Source: the human T2T-CHM13v2.0 reference genome, Homo sapiens. From it: a DNA stretch of 64,000 nt. Where the stretch lies: assembly GCF_009914755.1 (NCBI RefSeq), contig NC_060925.1; one strand, given 5' to 3'. The notes beneath the pieces are model-generated. The model was not told the DNA's origin, searched no databases, and saw only the letters and a program-made list of their open reading frames with translations. Below are positions 1 to 11,186 of this stretch, piece after piece. Position 1 is the first letter of the stretch; each line of letters begins with the position of its first letter. Made by a program: the position numbers and the translations under genes.

Positions 1-1253
1 GCCCGTGGTTTGGGCAGCGCCAGCTCCATCTGTAGGAGGCCGGATGTCTCAGGGCATTCCCGTACAGACCAGGGGTCCCCGGGAGCTAGCAGGGGGGCCC
101 AGCATACAGGTCCCTGGAAAGCTGTTGGCTGGAGCGCATTCATTCGACAGACACATATGAAGCACCTACTGTGTAAAGCTGCCTTTGCAAGCACTTCACA
201 TGATTCACTGAACAGAGCAGACAGAAACCCCTGCCCTTCTTGGGGGCTTCCATCCTAGACAAGTGCCAGCGGCCCCAGTTGATGCCACGGGCAGGCAATG
301 TGCATAGCCATGGCACGTGCCGTCCCTGTGGATTCGGATGCCTCCTCCCCTGCTGGGGTGAGGCAGCCAACCAGGGGCCAACTGAAAAAATGCTGGACTC
401 TCGGTCAAGGACAGGGCTGGGAGAGTGCCAGTCTCCACAAACTGTGGATCCACTAGAGGGTTCAGGCCTGGGGCATCCTCTGCAAGAGGATCCCACGAGA
501 GTCCATTCCCCACCACAGGCCTCCGCTGCTCACTGCTGTGCCTTGATCGGCCTGGACGAGCCCGCCCACACCTCCATCATACCCAGTGTGAAGAGGGGCT
601 GGGGACCCACCACTCCTGAGAACAGCATCCTTGGGAAGACCCAGCTGTGAGTGCACAGCAGGCACAGTCCCTCAGGCCCAGGTGAGGATTCAGCAGCAGA
701 TGGGATTCCACCCCATCTGTGGCCTCTCCAGCTGTCCACAGGCCCTGCAAAGGCAGGGAGGTGGCAAAGGCCAGCCCAACCCAGCCCTCCACTCTGGGTA
801 CCCAGAGGAAGGCGCAGGCCGCTGGTTCCACAGCCCATCACCTGGAGGTGATGGAGGCCAACCCCAGCCCTGCCTGGAGGCCCTGGTGAGCTTGCCCAGC
901 ACTGCTCCAACCCCTCCCTGAACCCACAGGGCAGAGCCAGGGGTGGTCCAATGGCCTGAGACGAGGGGACAGGGCTGGCCTATTAAGAGGAGCCACCAGA
1001 GAAGGCACACCAGACACAGACTCCTGTCAGCTCAGGCGTCCTGGCCTAAGGAGGCAGGGCCCCCAAAAGAGCCAGGTCCTGGCACCATCTCCGAGCTCCC
1101 AGCAGGCCTGCTGCAGGTCAGAAGGGCCACATCCCATCTTGGGTCCCTGACCTCATTGGGCCTCACCTGAAAACAGGCACCCAGGCAGTGGCCATGAACA
1201 GCCAGGCCACAAGCCTCGACAGGGGTGGGCCCCAGGTCACAGGGAGGGCGGTC

Positions 1254-1259
1254 TTTATT
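1254..1259 (-). terminator. JMJD4: Proximal polyadenylation signal AATAAA of JMJD4
   Basis: TTTATT on the plus strand, about 67 nt downstream of the stop codon. Confidence 0.6.
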
Positions 1260-1325
1260 TCTGGAAGGGCCCCGGAGCAGGAGGCTGCCTCTCTTCCACC
1301 CGTCCTTCTATCCTCACGACAGGTG

Positions 1326-1610
1326 CTATGGGGCCGCAGCAGCATCAACAGCCTCTCTCAGCTGCTGCAGCAGCTCTTTGGGCTGTGGTGAGAACGCGCT
1401 GGTGTCCACTCTCTGGAAGTCGGGGTGCGCAACCAAGGAGGCCAGCACCTCTGTGATGCGCCCAACATCAAAGGCTGCCTGTTCGAAACCCAACCCAGCA
1501 CCGTCCTCAGCGGCTGCCTCCCTCAGGACCAGGAGCCTCTTCTCAGCGATGACCTTGAGGAAGTGGTAAAACTCTTCAAAGTTGATGCCCGAGCAGGACC
1601 TCATGATGAC
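1326..1610 (-). CDS. JMJD4: JMJD4 coding exon 6 (terminal, stop TAG at 1328-1326)
   Basis: Acceptor ctctgcccag|GTC; encodes VIMRSCSGINFEEFY...DAAAAP*. Confidence 0.96.
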   Translation of the reverse strand, partial: VIMRSCSGINFEEFYHFLKVIAEKRLLVLREAAAEDGAGLGFEQAAFDVGRITEVLASLVAHPDFQRVDTSAFSPQPKELLQQLREAVDAAAAP

Positions 1611-1814
1611 CTGGGCAGAGGGAAGAGGCCAGTGAGCTAACACCATGGACACAGTCCAAGCTGCAAAGGACCCGACATGCGCCCAGTCCCCAAGGACGAA
1701 GAAGGGACCATTAAGACAGAGGCACTGAGAAGCTGCGCGGTGACCAAGGGAGTCTGAGCCATGCAGCCTAAAAGCCTCCCCCAGGAGGGTAGCCTCCATG
1801 CGTAGCCACCCCAC

Positions 1815-1961
1815 CTGGCAGTGGTGGTGCCAGTCGGGCATGGAGTCCCTCCACTCGCTGACCTCCTCCTGCACGGCGCATAGCTCCTGCTGCAAGAAGC
1901 GCCACATGTTGGCCAGGTTGAAGCCATTGACCCAGTTGTGGTTGATGGAGATGGTGTCATC
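1815..1961 (-). CDS. JMJD4: JMJD4 coding exon 5
   Basis: Acceptor cccttccag|GAT, donor CAG|gtggg; encodes DDTISINHNW...HHHCQ. Confidence 0.96.
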
Positions 1962-2347
1962 CTGGAAGGGGCACAGTGCAGGCAGGCCTGAGCCCATGGC
2001 AGGTGCCCCCTGACCAACCCACATCTCCTGCGCCAGGAACCCACTGTGGGGTCCAGCCCTCTGCAGCCAAGAGGGCCCTCCTGTCTCCCAGCAGGGCTTG
2101 CTCAGCAGGGAAGTGGGTGGCGGGCTCGGACCACCTCAGGCCACAGTGAACCCAGAGCAAGTAGACCCAGGGACCGGCAGTGGGTGAAACAGAGGCTAGG
2201 CCTCAGCGACACCACCTTGTGAAGGGGTCAGCCTCACCCATGAGCCACCCCATTCCAGCCCAGCTCTGGCTGGGAGAGTGGGGAGGTGGTGCTGCCGTCT
2301 TCCTGCAGGAAGGCCCCTGATAGGGGGCAGGAGAAGCAGCACATTAC

Positions 2348-2615
2348 CAGGTTGTGCACCTGGTGGTGCCAGCCACTGGGCACAAACACCATCTCGCCCG
2401 CTTCCTGCGTGATCTCCAAGGGTGGGCCAGCAAGCTGGTTCCGTGGGTGCAGGTGTGTGTCGCAGAGTGCTGGGGAGGTCACGTCGTAGGGCAGGTTGCC
2501 GTGGCGGTCCCGCAGGGCCTCTTCCTGCCCTGGGGGGAAGAGGAGCCACTTCTTCCTCCCACAGACATTGACAGACCAGCTGAAGGAGCGGAAGATGTCA
2601 GCATGGAACGGGGAC
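2348..2615 (-). CDS. JMJD4: JMJD4 coding exon 4 (JmjC catalytic core)
   Basis: Encodes SPFHADIFRSFSWSVNVCGRKKW...FVPSGWHHQVHNL, carrying the HxD...H iron ligands; acceptor ccgcag|G, donor CTG|gtaat. Confidence 0.97.
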
Positions 2616-2840
2616 CTGCGGCAGCAAGAGCGCCTGGTTCATGCCTGTAGGGGCTGGTATGGGCTTTGCTTGGCACCCCAGAGGCCTGGTCCAACTGAAG
2701 GAGGGGTGGCCCCTTGGTCTCAAGGGATGGCACCCACTGTGAGGCCTGTGCCAAGCAGCCCCCCTCCTGCCACCCTGGGCCTCCCAGTCCGTTCTGTCAC
2801 CAGGCCCCTTCGGGTTCCACTCCCACATCCGTGGCCTCAC

Positions 2841-2966
2841 CAGCTGCCCGCAGGCCCCGCGTAGACAAAGCGGTAGTCATCCACATCCAGTGCATCCCAG
2901 AACTCATTCAGCCAGTCGGACGAGAAGTACACAGGCAGGGTGAAAACGTCCTCCACCGGAAAGTCC
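2841..2966 (-). CDS. JMJD4: JMJD4 coding exon 3
   Basis: Acceptor cctcacag|G, donor TG|gtgag; encodes DFPVEDVFTLPVYFSSDWLNEFWDALDVDDYRFVYAGPAGS. Confidence 0.97.
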
Positions 2967-3171
2967 CTGTGAGGAGGGCGCAAGGGCACCACCGACAGCA
3001 CGTGAGGCACGAGGAGACTAGGGCAGCACGAGTGGGGCAACTGAGACCAATCGGCTCCAGTGGAGCTTCCAGATGGCTGCAGCCCCCAAAGAGCCCCAGA
3101 CCCTCCTCTGAGCCAGACGCTGCTGGCGGGGGAGGGGGCGGGGCAGTCTGACTACAATGGTTCTGCTTATT

Positions 3172-3280
3172 AGAAAGTACTGATCATGCCTATAATCCCA
3201 GTGCTTTGAGATGCTGAGGTGGATGCATCACCTGAGCTCAGGAGTTCAAGACCAGCCTGGGCAACATGGTGAAACCTAGT

Positions 3281-3311
<31 letters not shown>

Positions 3312-3390
3312 GCCGGGAGTGGAGACGCCTTCCTGTAATCCCAGGTACTAGGGAGGCTGAGGAGATCTCTCTCAAAAAAAAAGGAAAAAA
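3172..3390 (+). mobile_element. Alu (left arm plus internally deleted right arm) in JMJD4 intron 2
   Basis: tgcctataatcccag...aggagttcaagaccagcctgggcaacatggtgaaacc, long A linker. Confidence 0.85.
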
Positions 3391-3584
3391 AACCATATTG
3401 ACCTCCCAAAGAACAACACTTGCAGCCATGCGGAAGACAATCCAGTTTCTTTTAAACTGATTAAAGTGCCTCACGGGGAAAAATAGCTCCGTTGTGCACC
3501 CAGGGGCCACCTTCATCAGAAAGGCCTCTGGGTTCACGCAGCGCTAGGGAAGGCAGCGCCTCGGTGCGTCCCAAGCCCCATTAC

Positions 3585-3750
3585 CTGCACAAGTGCCAGT
3601 CTTTGAGGTAGAGACAGCCCCTGGGAGAGGAGTAGCCCGCCTGTATGTACTCTTTCCAGTAGGTGATGTAGTCTCTGAGAGTCATGTGCTCTTTGGGGTT
3701 CGAGTTGTATTCCTGGACCCCACAGTTTGCAACTGGTACAACCACGTCTC
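3585..3750 (-). CDS. JMJD4: JMJD4 coding exon 2
   Basis: Acceptor ttcatttcag|GA, donor AG|gtaat; encodes DVVVPVANC...LYLKDWHLC (JmjC-family YLKDW motif). Confidence 0.97.
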
Positions 3751-3945
3751 CTGAAATGAAAGGCACGGTCCATGCCATCTCCCTGGGCCCCGTCCTCACT
3801 CCAAACCGTCTGCAGAGGAACTCTCCAGGGGCCACGCGCCTGGCCTCCCTCACCCTCCCTGGTGCCCCTCTCTAGGCGGGGGCCTCCCGGGCCTGGGTCC
3901 CGCCGGCCTTTCCTCCCCGCCCGGGGTCTGCGGCCGCCGCCCCAC

Positions 3946-4207
3946 CGTAGGTCCGTAGCAGGTGGTCGAAGTCGGGCCTCCCCGCGGGCGTCACCCAGCG
4001 CCGCCGGCTGCCCCAGCCCTGCGTGAAGGCGCTGGAAAACACGCAGGGCAGGTTGGGCAGCAAGAAGCCCCGCACAAAGTCGGCGTAGGAGAAGGCGCCC
4101 GGCTCCGAGACGAAGGCTACCCGGCCCGGAGCCTGGCCGACGCCGGGGACATCGACCCCCAGGCCTCGGAAGTGGCTGTCGGCGAGGGCGCGCGTCTCGC
4201 GGTCCAT
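3946..4207 (-). CDS. JMJD4: JMJD4 coding exon 1 (2-oxoglutarate/Fe(II) JmjC lysyl hydroxylase); optional in-frame upstream ATG at 4345 adds 46 aa
   Basis: Translates MDRETRALADSHFRG...DHLLRTYG; donor G|GTGGG at 3946/3945; the six exons sum to 1254 nt = 417 aa + stop. Confidence 0.96.
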
Positions 4208-4343
4208 CCAGCTCAGCACGGGTCGAAGGACCCTCCTCCTCACTTCCGCCGGAGCGGAAACGGTGAGGACCAGCCTCGGAACCAGAAGACGCAGGGCGCC
4301 GCGTTTCTGCCCCACCAGCGCCTGGGGCTCCGGGCCTGCACGC

Positions 4344-4433
4344 ATGCGCGCGGCTCGCCGCGGTCTTCACTGCGCAGGCGCCGAGCGGCCGAGGCGCCGC
4401 GGTCGGCTCTGGGACTCGTCTGGCGTCCCTCAG
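4344..4433 (+). CDS. SNAP47: SNAP47 exon 1 (5'UTR in the 419-aa form; encodes MRAARRGLHCAGAERPRRRGRLWDSSGVPQ in the 464-aa form)
   Basis: Strong donor CAG|gtgagc at 4433/4434; 90 nt, in frame with exon 2. The transcription start is not determinable, so the start coordinate given is the ATG. Confidence 0.7.
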
Positions 4434-4689
4434 GTGAGCGACGGTGTTGGTCTGTTGGGCGCCCGGCCCAAGCCAAGCCGTAGCGTCCGCCCTCGGCTCA
4501 GTCCGCGCGCTGTGGCTGACACAGCCCGAGCCCTCCTTCCCGCATCCCCGGGGGGTGGGGGGTATGCGGGCTGCGCTGGGAGAGGGGCGGGGACAGAGGC
4601 GGTTCTGGGGGCGGGAGTGCGGCGGTGCGGGGGCGCCCAGGGATGATGGGACCCGGAGAGAACGGTGGGACCCAGAGGGAGAGCTGGGG

Positions 4690-5150
4690 GGCCCTGGGAT
4701 GGTGGGATCTAGCGGAGATGGTAGGGTCCTGGAGGAGATGGTGGGGACCTGGAGAGGACGGTGGCACTTGGAGGGGATGGAGACGGGATCTGGAGGGGAC
4801 GGTGGGACCTGGAGGGGATGGGGACAGTGGGGACCTGGAGAGGACGGTGGGATCTGGAGGGGATGGGTACAGTGGGGACCTGGAGAGGACGGTGGGGACC
4901 TGGAGAGGACGGTGGCACTTGGAGGAGATGGGGACATTGAGGACCTGGAGGGGACAGTGGGGATTTGGAGGGGACGGTAGCACTTGGAAGGGATGGGGAC
5001 AGTGGGTTCCTGGAGGGATCAGTGGCACCTGGAGGGGACATGGGATCTAGAGAGGATGGTGGGGACCTGGAGGAAAATGGTGGGAGGGCTGGAGGGGGCA
5101 GGGTAACCTAGATGGGCGAATGGGGCCCACAGGGGACCTGGAGGGCATGG
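4690..5150 (+). repeat. G-rich minisatellite (about 18-21 bp units, ggggacctggagaggacggtg)
   Basis: Many degenerate tandem copies directly visible; produces repetitive ORFs on both strands. Confidence 0.9.
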
Positions 5151-5434
5151 CAAGGGGCCCCAGGGGATGACGGGTGTCTGGAGAAGATGGTGGGGAATGA
5201 GGGAGGGTGTGAAATGAAGGTGTGGTGGGAGTGTGGGTAGGGATTTGGGGCTGTGTACACATGAGCAGGGCTGAAGTGGGAGGACATCGGAGTAGTGACA
5301 TGAGGAGTGTTTTGCCAAACTTGCAACTGGAGTTACCCCAAAAGTGGCGGCAAGGGAGTTCCCCACACTATCCTCAGGTGGGACCAGTTGGGATACCAAA
5401 GAAAGAAGTGCTAAATGCATGGTAAGCCCAGAGC

Positions 5435-5435
<1 letters not shown>

Positions 5436-5471
<36 letters not shown>

Positions 5472-5755
5472 AGACAGTATGCAGTGGCACCATCACAGCT
5501 TACTGCAGCTTCCACCTCCTGGGCTTGATGAATTCTTTAATTCTGCTTCAGCCTCCCAAGTAGCTGGGACTACAGGCATGAGCCACTATGCCCAGCTTAG
5601 TTTTGTTTTTTTGTTTTTGTTTTTTTTTTTTTTTTTTGTAGAGACAGGGTCTCTGTGTTGCCCAAGCCGGTGTTGAACGTTTGGGCTCAAGCAATCCTTC
5701 TGCCTTGGCCTCCCTAAGTGCTGGGATTACAGGTGTGAGCCACTGCGCCAGGCCC
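5436..5755 (-). mobile_element. Alu (AluJ-like)
   Basis: Poly-T then gagacag...ctgggattacaggtgtgagccactgcgcc. Confidence 0.9.
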
Positions 5756-6810
5756 TGCCTAGAGGTTTTGTTAGGGGAACTTTCATATAGAGTGGGCTGC
5801 GGTAGTCCTCGAGACGGGCAGTAAGGGAAAAGGGATGTCCTCCCTAGGTATGTCTCTTGGAAGGGGTGTGGGTTATGGAGTTTATAGGAAGGTTTCAGGA
5901 ATTTGGCTCAGGGCCAAGGCCGTTTTCTTTGTAGTAAACCTAGATACTTTCTTCCATGCCTGGAAATGTTAAAGGCCCTGGATTGGGTTGAAGCCTGGTG
6001 GGGAAAACCTGTGGTTGGGGCACAGAGGGATCAGGGTACTCTGTGATTTTCGGCCAGGACACGAAAGTGGGGCCATGGGGGACCCTATGTGATGTATGTC
6101 TTGGTGTGCTGGAGAAATCAGCTCAAAGCTACCCACATGGATGCAGAAGGAAAGATAGCAGATTTATTGCCCCCGAAGCCTGGCAGGCTGTGTGCACATA
6201 GGTGCTCTGCGAGAGAGTGCAGAGTCTGGGCAGCATTTCCCAGGCGTCTTGACAGGGAGGTGGAAGGAGGAACAGTTAGAACCGCTCATCTCTCCCAGAG
6301 AAATGAGAGGCAGCTTGTGCTGGTTTGCACACAGTGCGAGGCCTTTGAGTTAGGTTTGGAGGTCTGATGACATTCTAGGGGCCATCAGACCATGACTGTG
6401 TCTTGTAAAATCTGGACACTGGGCTATCTCATTCCAGACCAAACAGAGGCATCCTAAGCGGGAGAGGGGCACCTGCCTTCCCTTTATGAAGCAATGGAAA
6501 TGTTGTTTTATTTACTCTTATAAGTGGGGATATGGGAGGTTCTAGGAGTGCTGGGGCTCTGAGCCTTGCTGGAAGACTCTTTCCAAGGGGTGTGAGGTTT
6601 ACCCAGGAGAACAGGGAGGAGCAGAAGAGGGAGGACCAAGGTCTGAGGAGTTGGAGGGAGGACTAGGAGGAAAGTGAGTTTTGGGAGTCTGAGTCCAGGT
6701 AAAGGTGGGATATGAGGGCAGGGACAGGAGGCGGAGAGTTGTTTTGGGGATTGTGTGATTCAGTGCGTGCTATGGTCCCTTCCTAGTCAGCCCTATTGTG
6801 GCTTGTGTGA

Positions 6811-7275
<465 letters not shown>

Positions 7276-8094
7276 AGATGACCGTTTTTTATTCCTGGTG
7301 TAGAGCCGGCTTTTCTACATTCCTTCACACATACATTCATTCATTCATTCATTCTCTCTCTCCACTCTTCTCTCCCCCCAGTCCTTGCCTATACGTTCAC
7401 GCACATGTATGCACACACACTCACACATACACAGTCTCTTTCTCCATCGTGTATAATATACATATATAAACTTTTGCTGCTTTTAGTCTTTTGTTTTTTA
7501 TTTAACAATATGCTGTAACATCTTGCCACATATTGACCTCAATATTGACAATTAATTGACCTTAATTGATCTTGCCACATATTGTTCCTTAATTGCTAGT
7601 AGTCATTTGATTTTGGTTGTGGTGCATGCAGATCATGGGAGGCCAATGGGGAAGATGTGGGGAGCAGAGTGTTTATAATTGTCTCAAGATCTTGGAATAT
7701 GGTTCCGAGTTTGCCTCATGGGGAAACTGAAATTCAGGTGGGCATTGCCTGGAAGGAGTTCCTGCAGCTCCGTGGTTGAGCCTGTTTCCTAAGAAAGGAG
7801 CATTTGGGCTAGCAGGTCCACAGCTCCCTGAGATCACTGAGCCCCTAGGACTTGGTGGGAGATGGAGCTCTCGTTCTTGAGATGGAACTCTGTGGTTTAG
7901 TTCGCTGGTCCGCAGGGTGCCCCCTCGGGTCAGTGTCACCACTGTATACGCAGGAGGCCTGGAGTGTTATCAGCTCTCATGGGACTGGAACATAGGCTTG
8001 TGTCACCCAGAGCCCGCTAGATCAGCCCTGGCATCGCTTGGGAATGGCAAGAAATCCACATTCTTGGGCCCCACACAATACTCCATTAGGATGG

Positions 8095-8258
8095 TTTTTT
8101 GTTTTTGTTTTAAAACGGGGTCTTCCTCTGTCACTCAGGCTGGAATGCAATAGCGCTATCTTGGCTCACTGCAACCTCTGCCTTCTGGGCTGAAGTGATC
8201 CTCCACCTCAGCCTCCCAGAGTGCTGAGATTACAGGTATGAGCCACTGTGCCTGGCCA
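8095..8258 (-). mobile_element. Alu fragment (internally deleted)
   Basis: gtcactcaggctggaatgca...gagccactgtgcctggcc. Confidence 0.8.
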
Positions 8259-8934
8259 GGACGGGTTTTAAGTCAGCACTTTGGAGAAAATGCAGTACGC
8301 TTTGTGCCGAATATGTGCTCCTCTGTCACTGTGTTGCATGCAAACAGCCCCAGTGAGGGTGTCTGCACTTTGTGGCTAGAGTTGGGAACCTCTGAGGGAG
8401 TGGAAAGAGGGTCTGAGGAGCAGGGGAGGGGAGCCTGGAAAGATTGGCCGCACCCTACCGCCCCTGTGGGCACACACAGCCACCACTGTTCTCACTTAGC
8501 TTCTTGGTTGCGAGGTAGTGGAAGGTGTGCAAGATGTTTGTTCTGTGACTGCGGAAATTAACTAAAAATAAGTTGTTTACTGGGTACTGAGCCTCACTCA
8601 GGGGACCCTTGAGTGATGGAAATGCTGAAAGAGACCCATTGTACAGATCGCCCTGCGTGCTGAGCCATCCCTGTGCTGCAGACTTCCTCCCCAAGAGCGT
8701 CACTTGTGTGGGTTGGCTGCAGACACCCTTGGGCCCCTGGCCATGACCTCCCTCGAGGATTCAGCTGTGTGTTCTCAGGGTCAGCGCGGGTCCCCAGGCC
8801 CACACCTGCACTGGAGGAAGGAGGTTGCAGATTGCAACAGGCAGGGACACCGTGAGGGCTCCAGGACCTGGACTGATTGCAGAACTATGTGGTACAGGAG
8901 GGCATAGGCACAGCTCTGTTTCCATGTGGTGTGG

Positions 8935-10330
8935 TTGTGGTCAACTCAGCACAAATTCATTGGGTGCCCATGGTGTGTAGCGGGCCTTGCGGCCCTCCCA
9001 TGATAGTGCCTTCTGTAGTGCGACAGTCATGAAAGCACCAACTCTCTGGAGTTTTGCTTGGGCCATGGTTGGTGACAGTGCCTTAGGAAGGCGAGGAAGC
9101 CCTCCGAACAGAGACCTGCGGAGTGGAGCCACCAATGAGACTCCCTGGTGTGGAAAGGCTGCTGGGAGCAGAGGGCAGGGGAAGGCCAGGGCAGGGAGGC
9201 CGCAGGTCCTGCAGAGTCCATGAGGCTGCGGTAAGGAACTTGGATCTCATTCCAAGTACACAGGGAAAGGCTTTGGGCAGAGAAGTGACATATTCTAATT
9301 CTGTTCAATGACTATCTCATTGACTGCTGGAGGGGGAATGGGTGATGGGGACAGGATGAGGTCAGGAGGTTGCCTGAGATGTTGTCCAGGTGTGGAGGGA
9401 GGGAGGACTGCCTTGGATGGTGGAACTGTGGAAAGTAACTAAAAGTAGATTGTTTCCTGGAGATTGAGTCTCATTCAGGGGGCACACATATAATGGAAAG
9501 ACTGAGAGAGACCCATTGTACAGATTGCAGTGTGTGATGAGTGAGTCCCTGTGACTACAACACCTTCCCCCAAGTGTGTTGCTTGTGCTGGTTGGCCCAG
9601 ACAATGCCTGTGCCAGGTCAGTGATGTGGTCTTGGGGTGGAGGGTGGGGACACAGCTGCCAGGACATGCTCATGGCATGTTTCTTGAGGGGGAGGAAGAG
9701 AGGAGTCAGAAGTCCTGGGCCCGTGGTGACTTTACTGAGAGAGGAACTGACTCTGGTGCTGCTACACTGGGGTGCCCATTAGGGGTGGGAGGAGGTGCCC
9801 AGCAGGTGATAGGGGAGGAGCTGAAAGCTGAAGGAGGGGCTGTGAAGTTGGGGTGCCCGTTAGGGGTGGGGGCAGATGCCCAGCGGGTGACAGGAGGGGC
9901 TGTGAAATTGGGGTGCCTGTTAGGGTCAGGGACAGATGCCCAGCGGGTGATAGGGGAGGGCCTGTGAAGTTGGGTTGCCCGTTAGGGATGGGGGCAGATA
10001 CCCAGCAGGTGATAGGGGAGGAGCTGATGGAAGGAATGTGAAGTTCAAGTGCCTGTTAGGGGTGGGGGCAGATCAGCGAGTGATCAGATGTCCAAGTTTG
10101 AAGCGTGAGGGAGTCTGGCTGGAGTGGGTGTTTGGGAGGCAACGGCTTGGGGGTGATGTTGAGTTTCTGGCCTGTGTTGTCTCACCTGGAAAAAGAGGGT
10201 GCAAGGAGGAGAGGTTGTGCCCTGTGCAGTCAGGTGCATGAGGAGGCTATGGCCAAGGAGAGTGGACGCAGGCACTCATGGAAGTGGGGCTGGAGACCTG
10301 GAGAGGGTAGTGGCCAGGGAGCCAGGGTGC
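8935..10330 (-). mobile_element. Old L2 LINE fragments, interrupted by a local duplication and a minisatellite
   Basis: L2-like segments ggtaaggaacttggatctcattcc, agagaagtgacat, gagtctggctggag. Confidence 0.5.
9765..10085 (+). repeat. Minisatellite, about 60 bp unit, about 5 copies
   Basis: gtgaagttggggtgcccgttaggggtgggggcagatgcccagcgggtga repeated. Confidence 0.88.
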
Positions 10331-10334
10331 AGTG

Positions 10335-10520
10335 ACTCTCAGCAAGGCCCCTTGGCTCATGGGCCAGGTCCAGCTACCACATTTTTGTAAGTGAGGTCCT
10401 GTGGGGTGGCACACCCCATGTTGATGTCTTGTGTGTGGCCACTTTCATTCCACCCCAGCAGAGCTGTGTAGTGGTGACGGAGACCATGCGTGGTCCTTCA
10501 CGGAGAGTGCAGTGCCTGGC
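10335..10520 (+). mobile_element. MER58-like hAT DNA transposon relic
   Basis: tttttgtaagtgagg...cagcagagctgtgtagtggtgacggagacc resembles the MER58A consensus. Confidence 0.5.
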
Positions 10521-10934
10521 ATGGGAGGGCCGGAGAGGTCTGGGGGCTGAGAGAGAGAGGGTGGGATCAGGGCCCCGGGAGGAGGGTCTGGCCTTGGAGG
10601 TGAAAAGGGACCACGTTCTCCTGTGGCCTCTGTGTGGGGCCAGGCGTGTCGTCGGGTAGGGGAATGGCTGGCCGGCGTGGGGGCCGTGTTCAAGATTGGG
10701 CTGCTTCTGATGTTCCATGGGGTGTCTTCACTTCCGTCCTTGCACTGCATCTCCGTTGACTAAGGTTTTCTGGGAAAGAAGCCCTGGAAACCTGCAGTTG
10801 GAAAAGGGTGGCTACAAGTTTCTCTTCTTGCTTCTTCCTGGGCTGTTGTCAAACTTGAATACTTTCCTTATATTTATTGTTTAAAATGTGATAATGAGAA
10901 GAGCCTTGGTTATTCATGTCCTAATTTTTTGGTC

Positions 10935-11186
10935 TTTTTTTTCTTTTTTTTCTTTTTTTATTTTATTTTATTATTATTATACTTTAAGTTTTAGGGTACG
11001 TGTGCACAATGTGCAGGTTAGTTACATATGTATACATGTGCCATGCTGGTGTGCTGCACCCACTAACTCGTCATTTAGCATTAGGTATATCTCCTAATGC
11101 TATCCCTCCCCCCTGCCCCTAGCCCACAACAGTCCCCAGAGTGTGATGTTCTCCTTCCTGTGTCCATGTGTTCTCATTGTTCAATT
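10935..11186 (-). mobile_element. Young L1PA (L1PA2/3-like) 3' end, 5'-truncated
   Basis: ttattattatactttaagttttagggtac...cactaactcgtcatttagcattagg (GAG-type diagnostic, not the ACA Ta type). Confidence 0.9.

Larger units (their letters stand above)
3830..4660. promoter_or_regulatory. CpG island / bidirectional promoter shared by JMJD4 and SNAP47
   Basis: Very high CpG density; NRF1-like CACGCATGCGCG (4339-4350) and TGCGCAGGCGCC (4371-4382); ETS/GABP-like ACTTCCG (4242-4248) and GCGGAA; GC box near 4584; divergent first exons. Confidence 0.9.

Noticed and set aside
3751-3945. JMJD4 intron 1 (195 nt, multiple of 3) as an in-frame retained intron
   Set aside because: Contains an in-frame TAG at 3874-3872
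3534-4937. 467-aa minus-strand ORF and other long ORFs at 4444-5050
   Set aside because: Product of the G-rich VNTR plus the CpG island (stop-poor); low-complexity Pro/Ser/Gly/Arg and out of frame with JMJD4 exon 1
4690-5150. Repeat arrays as CRISPR-like or SVA VNTR
   Set aside because: Eukaryotic DNA with no unique spacers and no SVA Alu-like or SINE-R domains
5760-6600. Possible LTR fragments in intron 1
   Set aside because: LTR-like feel, but I could not assign family or boundaries
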